From Octopus sinensis (taxonomy: Eukaryota): a stretch of 64,000 bases of DNA. Both the position numbers and the translations under genes were made by a program. The notes beneath the pieces were generated by a model that worked only from the letters and a program-made list of their open reading frames with translations, ran no database searches and was not told where the DNA came from. The stretch is from positions 202,306,001-202,370,000 of the forward strand of contig NC_042998.1 of NCBI RefSeq assembly GCF_006345805.1, given 5' to 3'. Position 1 is the first letter of the stretch, and each line of letters begins with the position of its first letter. Below, piece by piece: positions 37,270 through 49,189 of this stretch.

Positions 37270-40200
37270 TGGATGTCCTATAGCGGGCTTTCCATACAAG
37301 AAAAGTCTAATCTAATAACATTGCTGGAATGGGATTGACCAAATTAAACACTCAATAAGGGATAAAAGGAACGAAGGGGTAGCTAAAGACGATACTACTG
37401 AGGAAATATCTATAGACCAACCCATGTCTGATGAAAATGCAATAATGATAGAAAGAGTCAATATAACTGATAAGCAATGTGAAATACTCTCGGAACCAAG
37501 CATAAACACCAAGGCAGATGTACATGAAACAGATGAAGAAAGTCACACAGAAATTTAACCCAACTGGAGTAGATGAGTTAAAAAATCAAATCATGACTGA
37601 ATGGCTGAACATTAAAGAAGCTAATATGAATGCACGTGATACTCTCCTAAAAATTCGTAACTTTAAACAAAACATAAAAATAATTGATAAAATCTGCTAT
37701 ACACTTAAAGGTAGAATTTCAGCTAATGATGTTGATATTACAGATCTCAACCACTTGTACAATACATCCGTGAAGATCTCAACGATTCTATGTGGTGAAG
37801 AGATTAGAAAACGACAACATTCCAACAAAACGCCTACTTGGCAAGAGCGTATTCAAACACCAAATTCAGCTACTTAAGTCTCACTTAGAATGTTTGAGAA
37901 ATGATATGTTTGACAAGACTATTAAACAAACAAAAATCTTAAAACTAAATAAAAAGTATAACATGAAAGCCATACTTGACGTCGACACCACCATAGAAAC
38001 TATCAAGCAAAGAGCATTTGCTAAGGCTGCCCACACAACACGGTATAAACAGCGCGTTAAATTCTTCAGGGACAACAACATGTTCAAAAATAACCTTAAA
38101 AATGTTTACAGGAAGATGGAGGAAATACCAATTACAGTAAAGTCTGTCCCATCAAAAGAAGAAATACAGGGATTTTGGGATAAAATTTGGACAGAAGAAA
38201 AAAACATATTAAAAAAGCCCCTCGGATATACAGAATATCTACTGATTTAGACTTCTTAGAATAGCAAAAGTTGGAGTGTATCAAGGTACAGGATGTAAGA
38301 TCTGGTTCCAGGAAGTCAAGCAAATGGAAGTCTCCAGGAAAAGATAAAATTCCTAATTTCTGGTTGAATGCCTTCCCAGAGAGTCATGAATTGCTAAAAA
38401 AAATTAACAACGACGTTTTTCAACAACTTAGTATGGTTACCTCTTGGCTAGTTGTGGAGGCACATGGCCTAGTGGTTAGAGCAGCAGAGTCCCGGTCGAT
38501 GGATTGCGGATTCGAATCTCAGACCGGGTGATGTATGTGTTTATGAGCGAAAACACCTAAGCTCCACGCGGCTCCGGCAGAAGGTAATAGCGAACTTCTG
38601 CTGACTCTTTCGCCACAACTTTCTCTCACTCTTTCCTCCACCAACTTGCAGCTCACCTGCGACGGACCGGCGTCACGTCCAGGTGGAAAACCTATACGCC
38701 AAGGAAACCGGGAAACCGGGAACCTCTTGGCTAGTTAATGGTGTGACATTCTTACTTCCAAAAAATGAAGAAACAAATGATTCAAAATCTTTTTGACCCA
38801 TAACCTACTTAACAACAATGTATAAAATGCTAACATCTGAATTAACTGAATATGCTTATAGTTTGATAATAGATAGTGGCATATTCCCTAATGAGAAAAA
38901 AGGATGTAAACGTGGGTCCTATGGTTGTACATATCAGCTACTCATCAATAAGATGATCTTGGAAGATGGTCAAGGACGATACAAAAACTTTTCCATAGCT
39001 TGGATAGATTATGGTAGATTATGTAATATAAATCAATATACATACTTATGTTCTATATTCAAGGTTACAGTTGGTCAACACAATATTAGGATATTACAAT
39101 ATAGAAAGCATACAAGTATCTATATTCAAATGCAGATATACAAAGTCAAGAGTTCATTAAATTAAGCTACAAAATGCCATTAATATTACCATCATTACTA
39201 TTATCATTGCCACTATTGCTACTAATATCATTATTATTATTATTATCAATAACATTATTACCAGCAAAACAATATATGCATCACGCGGTTAGCAACGTAA
39301 TAGCAAAAACAACAACAACAATAATACTACAGTACCATGCAAAGCATTAAAGATCGGCATATACATATAAAATGAGAAATGAAAAACATTGTTTACATCA
39401 TGTAAGATTGCCTCAATTGGCCTAAATAACAATGTGAAAAACTCTGATGACTGGATGTTAAAACTTGCCTTAAAGCACGAAAACAAGAAAAGAGGCTAAA
39501 AAATATCCAAATGAATTCCAAATACAACAAATCCCAGAATTATATGTGCTAGGAACAACCGCTGAAAACGTTAAGCGTATGAAAACCTGTAATAAAACTG
39601 CTGCCTTAGATATTCTTACTGATAAATATCAAGAAAAACCTCCCAATGGTAAATACCCAAATAGAGCCAATAATGCCGATGTTGAGAAAGACCTTACTCA
39701 TCAGCGGTTTGTATCTTCTGGCATAAAATCAGAAACGGATGAGTTTGTCATAGTAGCTCAAGAGCAATGCCTGCCTACAATGAGCTACCATGCAAACATA
39801 TTAGAGAACGGCTGTAGCCCAACAAGTCATGTATGTAAACAACACAATGAAATCCTCGATCACGTTGTTTCCATGTGCAGTTTTCTTGCGCCTACAGAGT
39901 ATCTCAATAGGCATGATAGAGCAGCACAATATATTCACTGAATAATTTGCAAAAACTTGGATCTGCCCCATGATAAAAACTGGTGGAAACACAAACTGCC
40001 TCCAGTGCTTGAAAATAATCACCTCTCAATCCTCTGGAACATCATCGTTCAAACTGACAGAAAGACAGATGTGAATAGGCCAGACATCATATTGAAAGTG
40101 TTCAAACAAAAATCATGCATCCTCATTGATATAACTGTACCAATCGATATAAACGTATCTGTCAAGACCTACCAAAAACTGAGCAAATATAAAGATCTTG

Positions 40201-40561
40201 AAATAGAAATTGGCAAAATGTGAAAGCTGAAGACTAAAACAGTACCTGTTGTCATAGGTGCTATAGGAATAATATCAAAAGTAGCTGATTCCTACTTAGC
40301 TCAAATACCAGGTAACTCTAAAATGGCACAAATTCGAATGATAAGGCTTATGGGAACTTCCCATATACTACGTAAAACACTGTGTATGTAATCTCAAATT
40401 TTAAAGCATACTTATAATTTTCTTGTTTTCTTAAACATTCCGTAGAACAACATTTTGGGCAAAACTAAATATATGACACCCTAGTCATAACACCAACTTG
40501 CAATTCTAACTTGTCTCTTGAGGTGTCTGGGTAAGACTTGGAGTCAAAGCAAAAGTCAAAC

Positions 40562-40565
<4 letters not shown>
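37270..40565 (+). mobile_element. Largest R4/Dong LINE remnant (N-terminus, partial RT, CCHC, RLE endonuclease, 3' UTR), internally deleted
   Basis: ORFs 37518-38250, 38271-38531, 38818-39165, 39546-39941, 39957-40223: KWKSPGKDKIPNFWL, FPNEKKGCKRGSYGC, AWIDY, DHVVSMC...RHDRAAQYIH, NRPDII...CILIDITVP; RT sequence after WIDY is replaced by non-LINE DNA (about 39020-39290). Confidence 0.93.
38454..38721 (+). mobile_element. tRNA-derived SINE family C inserted in the LINE RT, 15-bp TSD
   Basis: TSD ACCTCTTGGCTAGTT at 38439-38453 and 38722-38736; A box TGGCCTAGTGG, B box GGATTCGAATC; tail of GGAAACCG repeats. Confidence 0.95.
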
Positions 40566-40626
<61 letters not shown>

Positions 40627-40628
<2 letters not shown>

Positions 40629-40979
40629 CTAAAACAATACCTGTTGTCATAGGTGCCCTGGGAATGCTAGCGAAAGGGGCTGATTGCTACCTAACTCAGA
40701 TACCAGGAAACCCCAAAATGGCAGAAATTCAAAAGATAGTGCTCATGGGAACTGCTCATATCCTACGCAAAATACTCTCTATGTAATCTCAAGGTTTAAA
40801 ACAAACATTTTTTTTTAAATTTATTTATTAGACATTCACTAGTACAACACCAAAAAAACCCCAAATATATGGCACACAAGGCATAACAACAACGTGAACT
40901 TCCAACCTATTGTCTCTTGAGGTCTCTGGGTGAGACTTGGAACCAACTTGTACAAACATAAAGCAAAAGTCAAACATAG
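40627..40979 (+). mobile_element. 5'-truncated R4/Dong 3' end (subfamily D1)
   Basis: KTKTIPVVIGALG...GTAHILRKILSM* plus UTR; (AAT)n on both sides. Confidence 0.9.
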
Positions 40980-40986
40980 AATAATA

Positions 40987-41033
<47 letters not shown>

Positions 41034-41038
<5 letters not shown>

Positions 41039-42405
41039 CAGAGCTCAATAAAAACAGAGCTCAATACTAAAAACAGAGCTCAATGCTAAAAACAAGATAA
41101 TAGGTATCAACACTTTAGCTGTCCCAGTTATAAGTTACAGCTACAATATCCTTAACTGGACACGAAATGAACTGTCCAAAATAGATAGGAAAACAAGAAA
41201 AATACTGACAGGATCTAGGATGCATCACCCAAAATCTGACATAGAAAGACTATATATACAACGTATAGAAGGTGGTAGAGGCCTTATACAGCTGGAAAAC
41301 TACTATAAAATAACCACCATAGGACTGCAAAAATACCTACTTCAGAAGGAAGGAAAGCAGCAAAACACGAGCAAAACAAAAAACTGTTCTCAGTATTTAA
41401 GGAAGCTGACAAATACAAACAAGAAATCATACCACCTAATAAACACAAGAAGAAGAAGAAGAAGATGATGAAGAAACAACAAAAGCTATAAAACAAATGA
41501 AATCCAAACTAAAAATAGAACAGCAACGAGCCATAATAAAACGATGGCAAGAAAAGCCCCTTCATGGTAAATACTGGACTAAACTAAACGCAAAAGAAAT
41601 AGACAAAGAAAAATCCCAGCAATGGTTGAGAAGCTCAGGACTCAAAGCAGAAACAGAGGGATTTTTAATTGCAGCACAAGACCAAAGCCTCCCCACCAGA
41701 AATTACCAAAAGCATGTAATGAAAAGAAATATTACAAGTAACTGCAGAATATGTGGAGACGGACAAGAAACAATAAATCATATTATCTCTAGCTGCCCAG
41801 TCCTGGCTAAGAAGGAATATATTCACAGACATGACAGAGTTGGAACCTACATACATTGGAAGCTATGCCAACATTATGGAATAACAACAGAAAAAGATGG
41901 TATAGGCACACACCAGAAAAGGTCACAGAAAACGAGAAAGCAACCATACTCTGGGATATGCCGATACACACAGATAGAGAAATTAAGGCCAACAGACCAG
42001 ATATAGTTGTCAGAGATCATGAAGAAAAAAAATGCTTTCTAATTGATGTATCAATACCGCAGATGACAACGTGTCTCTAAAAGAAATGGAGAAGAAACTC
42101 TCAAAATACAAAGACCTAGAAATAGAGGTAACTAGAATGTGGAACCTGAAAACAGAAACATTCCTATCATAGTAGGTGCATTAGGCATGATAAAAAATAT
42201 TCAGACAAATACATAACAAAAACACCAGGACTTACAAACACATATAACATACAGCAAATTGCACTACTAGGCACTGCACACATCCTACGCAGAACACTTT
42301 CCATACAATAACCATCAGAGCATCACAACAAATCACAGCACATACCCAAGGCACACAGAGCTGCGCTCGGTAGTGAAGTGAAAGCACGCTATAAAAATAA
42401 AACTA

Positions 42406-42410
<5 letters not shown>
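41034..42410 (+). mobile_element. 5'-truncated R4/Dong LINE (RT thumb to RLE endonuclease), relatively young
   Basis: LKTELNAKNKIIGINTLAVPV, MHHPKSDIERLY..R.EGGRGL, CRICGDGQETINHIISSC, RHDRV, NRPDIVV...CFLIDVSIP; few frameshifts; (AAT)n on both flanks. Confidence 0.95.
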
Positions 42411-42460
<50 letters not shown>

Positions 42461-42464
42461 GTCA

Positions 42465-43435
42465 CGACGAAGAGCGGGATTCGATTGTAAGATATTTTAT
42501 TAGTTGAACGATATTTCAACAGTGCGTCTGTCTTTGTCAAGTTCAAAATAAGAAGTGAAAACAATTCAAAATTACAGAAATTTAAACGTTAAAGTATGAA
42601 CGAGATCAACCAGCGTCCATACGTTGATGGAATGACATCATCAGTTTTTAAGTTAAAATCTTATAACAGGCGAAAAGAAAAAGACAGAAAAAAACAGAAA
42701 AAAAGAAGACGACAGAATAAAAGACGAAAGGAAAAAGAGAAAAAGAAGAATATTTGATCAAACAGCTTTGTATAAATTTGATGATATTCTCCTGTCATCT
42801 TATTCATTCCTCCAGGGCGTGATGTTAATAGCTCGCAAACATATTTCTCCTCATACATTCTGAGAAGTGAAAGTGAAGCAGATTTAGAATATTTTCTCGA
42901 GAATATGCATTTTCAAGTCTTCTTCAAAATTGCAGCCGCTTGAAATGAACGTTCAGCAAGTTCTGTCGAACTACTGTTATTGTGCCTGACGTCGAATCTG
43001 TGCCCATTAAACCTTTTGTTTAATTGTTCTGTTGTACAACCAACATAAATTAAGTTATGTTTCGTGTATTCTGCAGCGTACACCAAATGGGAATCTTTAC
43101 ATGTTCCACCTTCTGTATACATCATAACATTTCTGTTATGATTTCTGATGGAATTCACTTGACTCATGCTGTTGCACAATGAACAGGGCTTACCTCCCTT
43201 GCGGCTGTTCGTTTTCTTGGAGTCAGATATAGAGATCAATAATTCTCTTATATTCTTATTACGTCTAAAGGCTACAATAGACGGCTGAGTGAATATCTGT
43301 TTGATATTTGGAATTCCTTGAATCTTGTCAGGCAGGCATTAGAGAAAGCCTTAAAACAATGGGAAAGAAATCCTGGAACAACCACGTGCATTTATACTGC
43401 CTACTCTGAACAGAATCATGTAAGAGCAAAATATA
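42465..43435 (-). mobile_element. Penelope-like element 3' part (linker, GIY-YIG endonuclease, 3' terminal region)
   Basis: IVAFRRNKNIRELL...KPCSLC...HLVYAAEYTKHNLIYVGCTTEQLNKRFNGHRFDV matches the PLE GIY-YIG layout. Confidence 0.9.
42504..42546 (-). ncRNA. Decayed hammerhead in the Penelope 3' region
   Basis: TTGAAC-TTGACAA-A-GACAG(ACGCA)CTGTT-GAAAT-ATC-GTTCAA: perfect 6-bp stem I, core CUGAYGA mutated to UUGACAA. Confidence 0.65.
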
Positions 43436-43439
43436 GATG

Positions 43440-45262
43440 CGGAAGAAGGTACTTACTGTGATTTAGTTGGCGAGGAATGGACAGATATTCCGTCCCTATT
43501 AGTATGTCTGGATGTTTCCATGCGCCGTTCTTTGCATATACATGTATTTATGTATTTTTGGGAAGCCCCTACTTCTTCAGGGTATTTTGCTTTGGTGATG
43601 TTATATGAGTGTTGTGATGTTTGTATGACTTTAATATGTTGGTGCGTTGTTTCTTGGTATGATAACATCGTTGTGCGTGATGTCTGTATGGTTATAAATT
43701 TGATTGATTAGTTTTTTTATTGTTGATGTCTATTGTTGTGTAATTCAAAATGTTCAATATGTCTGACTTTTCTTGGTGTTGAGATGTGCGACCTGAAACT
43801 TGTGTGTTTGAATTTGAGTGTGGATATGATGGTGGCGTTTGTGATAGTGGTGGTGGTGGTGGTGTTGGTGATGCTGGGGCTAGTGCTGGTGATGGTAGTG
43901 CTGTGGATGATGTTGTTGACGGTGCTGGTGTGGCTGCTGTTGAGGGTGATATTTGAGTATTTGTTTTCACCCTTCTGGTGAAAATAAAACCTGCCAGTTT
44001 TTCGTGTTAATGTCAGTATTGTTTATTTCATTTTTTCTTTTCTTCGATCTTCGAACCTTTTGCCAGTTTGGTCTCCCCCGACATGTTTGATTCTTACGAA
44101 CGCGGGAGTGGTAAATCTTGCTGAGATTTTAGTCTTTTTTTTTTTGTTGATAAATTTTGTGTAGTTCTTTTGGGAGGTTCTAATGCTGTGGTTTTTGCTG
44201 CTGTCGAAGTTGGTTGTTTCTCTGCTGCTGGTTCCACTTTTGTTCTTGGTGCTGTTGCTGTTGGTGCTTCTGTGATTGCATATGCTGGTACTATTGTTAC
44301 TGCTGTTTTTTTAAAACTGTAGCCGCCTGCTTCTGCTGTCGCTGTTGTGGTGGTGGTGCTGGTGGTGGCGGCGGCGGCGGCAGCAAATGTGCAGGTCTCT
44401 CTTTCTTTTGTTGTGGGCAGTAAGCCTTTAGATGGTTTGTCTCCCTTCACAGGTGACATCTTGGCTTTCTGCCCTCGACAACCACGTGAAGTTTTGTGCC
44501 ATCCGGTAGGCATATGTAATCTGGGACAACGTCCACCCTTTCTATTAAAAGCTGCATCCCCTATCCTAATCAGTGCTGCTTGTGACTTTTATGGATTCGC
44601 ATTTTTTTATTCTATATTAAGGAGAATTACAGCCACTAACCAGTAAATGTTAATCTCTGGTGGGATGTTAAGTATTATAATTCTGAACATTCTTCGACCA
44701 AGGTAGTTAGGAATGAGAATAACTTCGTCACTCGTTAGGTTAGCTGTCGAGTGATTTTTTGCGTGCCCCTCTGAGGCGAACCTCACCGCCACGATTCCAT
44801 ATTTTGTCCCCCTGGCCAAATAAGTTTTGCTTTTCCACGCTGGTTTCAGGCATTTCTCTAACTGATACTGAGTTATCTGCTCCTCTTTCCTACTTTTCGC
44901 ACCAGTTGTTTTATATAGAACTGACCGCAAATTAATTTCTTGCTGGACAGTTCTAGGAATGTTTAAAGCCACATTTCTGCCACCACATTTCTCGAAGATG
45001 CATTTGACATTCTTAAAATCATTTTTATCTGAAGAATTATCTTCACCGACTTGTCGAACCGCTTGCGCAGATTCAAAACTATTCCGAATGGATTTGCATG
45101 TCTCGATTTTGTTTTCTTTTTCGTTAATTATGCTGGTGACGGTGGTAGTGTTGGTCCTACTACTGACACCAGGGGTGGTGGTGGAGGTGGTAGTGTTTTC
45201 GTTTATGTTGTAGCTTCTTGTCATTTTCTTTTGTTCCTGCAATGGTGAGGGGGGATTCAAAT
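43440..45262 (-). mobile_element. Tx1/L1-like ORF1 (gag-like) element without ORF2, pseudogenised
   Basis: ORF 44607-45275 (VRFASEGHA...IPNYLGRR..IIILNIPPEI), then VVVEGRKPRCHL*RETNHLKAYCP (CX2CX4HX4C with the second Cys as TGA at 44447-44449), then a long Thr/Ala/Pro-rich tail. Confidence 0.7.
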
Positions 45263-45612
45263 TTTTATTGCCCACAAGGGGCTAAGCATAGAGGGGACGA
45301 ACAAGGACAAACAAAGGGATTAAGTCGATTACATCGACCCCAGTGCGTAACTGGTACTTAATTTATCGACCACGAAAGGATGAAAGGCAAAGTAGACCTC
45401 GGCGGAATTTGAACTCAGAACCTAATGACAGACGAAATACCTATTTCTTTACTACCCACAAGGGGCTAAACATAGAGGGGACAAACAAAGACAGACAAAG
45501 GGATTAAGTCGATGACATCGGCCACAGTGTGTAACCTGTACTTAATTTATCGACTCCGAAAGGATGAAAGGCAAAGTCGACCTCGGCGGAATTTGAACTC
45601 AGAACGCAGCTT
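45262..45612 (-). mobile_element. Tandem dimer of SINE family A
   Basis: Two head-to-tail units of about 180 bp joined at GAAATAGGTATTTCGTC. Confidence 0.9.
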
Positions 45613-45836
45613 CAGTGGTGAAGGGGATCGAAGATGCAAGGGAAATAGGTTTTCATGTTTCACGTGCGCTACTCTTGTTTTTTCTGTTGTTGTTGTTGTT
45701 GCTGCTGCTACAGCAGTCACTGTCTTTCACGATTTGGCTGTTCTCTTCCAGACACTCGGTTATTCCATTCAGCGGATGGACAATTTTCGTTCACCATTTT
45801 TTATTTTAGCAAGCAAACACCAAAATATCCGCTTAA

Positions 45837-46058
45837 CCCTTTCGTTACTGTATTTCTTTTGAGATGCTCTGTGTTTCATTCAATTAATTTTAAACATAAC
45901 ATAGAATTTAGTAAACTAACTTAGTTATCATTAGGCTAGTGTTAGGAACATAAATTGTGACTAAGGTTTAGTTGAAGATTTTAATTCAGAACTTATGAAA
46001 ACAAGATATTTGTACTGCAGAGCCAGAGGCGGTTTCAGCCGTGTTGGTATCGAAAGGG
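45837..46058. mobile_element. piggyBac-type MITE (222 bp)
   Basis: TTAA at 45833-45836 and 46059-46062; TIRs CCCTTTCGTTAC / GTATCGAAAGGG. Confidence 0.88.
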
Positions 46059-46209
46059 TTAAGGCTACAGTTGGAGAAGTACTACCTCCTCAAGGTCCTG
46101 GTTTGTTTAACTCCTTAACCATAAAGTGTGTACAACGTATAAAAATGCGTAACAATATGAATAACTGCAAAACCTGTGGAGTGATGTGTTAGACGAACAA
46201 TGATATTAA

Positions 46210-46395
46210 AAATCCTTTCTAGTAAAGGCACGGGGCCTGAAATTCTGGAAGAGCGGCTAGTCGATTATATCGACCACAGTGTGTAACTGGTACGTGTTTC
46301 GTCGACCCCGAAAGGTAAAGTTGGCCTCAGCGCAATTTGAACTCAGAATGTAAAAGTGGACGAAATACAGTTAATCAATTTGCCTTACGTGCAAA
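46210..46395 (-). mobile_element. Family A-type SINE
   Basis: Homologous to the 32870-33075 unit. Confidence 0.8.
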
Positions 46396-47052
46396 TGATT
46401 CTGTCAGCTTGAATAATAATAATTGTCGCTGATATCGATGAGGATGATAATGATGATGGCGAGATTGTAGTTGTTTTCGTTCTTCCTCGGTAAATACACA
46501 CTCTGTTTTTGTTTGAAGAAGCAGAATGACCCACACTTGCTCAATTTGTCCTCCGTTTCACTTTCTCTTTCACTCTCTCTCTCATCCTATCTCTATCTCT
46601 ATCTCTCTCTTTCTCTCTATGTACCTATCTATCTATCTTTTTATTTATCTACCTATCTCTATCTTCCCTTTTTCCCTTCTGCTTTCTTGTTTCACTTAAG
46701 TATCGATTTGTTCTAAATGGTTTCTTGCAATAACCACTCGATAGTGAATCTTGGTTTCAACGACATCATCCCACAATATTCCAAATTAAGTTTTCCTATA
46801 TTTCTATCTGTCAGCCATAACAAAGAATCATTTTATTCTTTCCAAATGGTCGTATCTACTGATGATAATACTACTGATGCTGTTATTGGTTTTTCTTTGT
46901 TTTTCTTTTTGTTTGTTTTTTTTTTCTATTTCTCCTCCTTAACCATTCAGGATTTTCGCTTCAAGAAATAAATATGATCTGCCTCACGTGCCTTCTCGCT
47001 CTATTTCCCTCTCTCTTTCTTTCACTCTCTTTCCCTCTCTCCCCTTGCTTAC

Positions 47053-47257
47053 AGTTCTCTAAGTATAGTCCTTGTAACCATAGATTTGCTTTAAAGGATA
47101 TTTTTGAGTGAGTACTCGAGGATGACTTGGATTCAACGGACTCTCCACTCCCCATTGCATCTACAGAAACAAGATTCCCGGTTTCACTCCAGCGCTGCAG
47201 TGGAGGGTTCATTCGCCTCTTTACCACAACCGGCTTAGGAGGTAAGAAACGGAAACG
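47053..47257 (-). CDS. Candidate host exon, product unknown
   Basis: Acceptor TCATTCGCAG, donor GTAAGC, 205-nt open frame RFRFLPPKPVVVKRRMNPPLQRWSETGNL...KANLWLQGLYLEN in non-repetitive DNA; no family recognised. Confidence 0.3.
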
Positions 47258-48178
47258 CTGCGAATGACGACATACAGTGAATATTCATAGTTGTCGGGTT
47301 GCTGATGACTAAACCGCCGACTCCAAAGAGCATACTAGACGAGGTAGTTGCGTTTTTTTCCAAATGGATAACCCTCATGACAAAAATTTATTCATGAGAG
47401 TCACATGCCATCCAGACAGTATTTCTTTATTAGTATTACTACTGATGCCGTTATAATTAAATTTCTACAGTGACAATTGGCTCGTGATAGTAGCAACAGC
47501 GACAAAGTGTACTTCTCCCAGGGCCAAAACCACAAAAGTACGAGGGTTGTGTTAACCTTGGCTGGCAGCCCTCAAAAGATGATGTCCTGACAAAAAATTG
47601 GTGGGTGTGGCAGTTTAAGAACACAGTCGCTCCTTGAATGAAATGCCATTTAAAAGTATGATTACAACTGTGTTAATGCAAACAAATCCCCATGTAAAGG
47701 GTTCACGTTCAGCACATGTCACACTAGGCAGAAGGGTAAGTCTGGTGGTTGCCAAAACAGCTGCAGTAAAAATAACTGGAAGATCTCAAATCAACATCAA
47801 CATATAATGTAGTATCACTATAAATGTAAGCCTGCAAAAACAGGTTACAAGAAAAGGATGAATACAATTTGGCTAGAGAAAGGTATTCACCCTGACAGAG
47901 GAAAGTCATTATACTAGAAAAATTTAATATGGAAAAAAAACATTCGATACCCCAGTTGAGCTGGGAAAGGTTTCCAAACAGTAAGAGATGAGGAGGGGTA
48001 CGTAGAAGGTGATGAAGAAGCAGAGAGGGAGGAAATTGAATAAGAAATAAAACTACAATAAATCACGAGAAGAGAAATATCTCTCAGATATTGAGATACC
48101 GTTATATATTTATAAAAGGTCAAAAGGTCACTTTCGATAATGTAGTGTTACATAAATAATATATATAGATAGATAGAT

Positions 48179-48219
<41 letters not shown>

Positions 48220-48311
48220 TAGGATATATATATATATATATACATAGACAGATAAGTAGATAATATAGGTAAGCATGTGTTATATAGGTAAGCATGTGTT
48301 ATATAGGTAAG

Positions 48312-48342
<31 letters not shown>

Positions 48343-48343
48343 T

Positions 48344-48401
<58 letters not shown>

Positions 48402-48913
48402 TGTGTGTGAATGTGTCTCTGTGTTTCTCTGTGTGTGTGTTTGTGTGTGTGTTTTTTTGCGTGTGTGTGTCTGTGTCTGTGTAAAACATAACCAGAATAG
48501 TCACGCATCCAAATTTTGTGATCATAGATTTGTTCAATCAAAACTCATTTGACGCTAAATAACAGAATACAGCAACAACAATTTATCGCTTTGATCAGCA
48601 CACGGAATATAAAAATAGGTAATGTTGTTTAGTCTCAAGTATGCTACAATTGAGCTATCCCATCATCAAAAGGTTTACTAGTATGACCACCAAGTCTCCT
48701 TACTGACAAAACATATTTAGGATTATTTTCTCCTATATTTTTATCTATTTGCAACGATGATATGCCGTTCTCAAATCTTTGTATGATTGCTCTTTCGAAC
48801 TAATGGAAGCGACTACGTAGAAATGCCCTTAGTACGTCGACTATCTGCCGCCCATTATAATACTACTGTACTTGTTGGAACTACAAATACTACCAGTAAT
48901 AATAATGTTAATG

Positions 48914-48926
48914 AAGAAGAGGAGGA

Positions 48927-48971
<45 letters not shown>

Positions 48972-49009
48972 GGTGGTGATGATGGTGGTGGTGGTGGTGG
49001 TGGTGGTGG

Positions 49010-49040
<31 letters not shown>

Positions 49041-49092
49041 TGTGGTGATGATGATGATGATGATGATGTGGTGGTGGTGGTGGTTGTGGTGA

Positions 49093-49126
<34 letters not shown>

Positions 49127-49186
49127 GGTGGTGGTGGTGATGATGATGATGAGGATGATGATAATGAGGAGGAGGAGGGGGAGGAG
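48914..49186. repeat. Alternating (GAT)n/(GGT)n blocks
   Basis: Seen directly. Confidence 0.95.
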
Positions 49187-49189
49187 GGT

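Noticed and set aside
30390-42410. 30390-32362 and 41034-42410 as two halves of one split LINE
   Set aside because: About 100 codons between YMDD and LKTELNAKNK are missing, decay levels differ, and the second piece has its own 5' junction and (AAT)n flank.
26978-42460. Repeat-spacer alternation suggestive of a CRISPR-like array
   Set aside because: Repeats are variable-length (AAT)n and the spacers are LINE 3' ends of different sizes; no cas genes; eukaryotic context.
44447-44449. In-frame TGA at a zinc-knuckle Cys as selenocysteine recoding
   Set aside because: The same element has other stops and frameshifts; a single TGT/TGC to TGA change is simpler; no SECIS identified.
48262-48316. 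19-bp tandem repeat (TATATAGGTAAGCATGTGT, about three copies)
   Set aside because: Local slippage within a microsatellite-rich stretch; no further structure.
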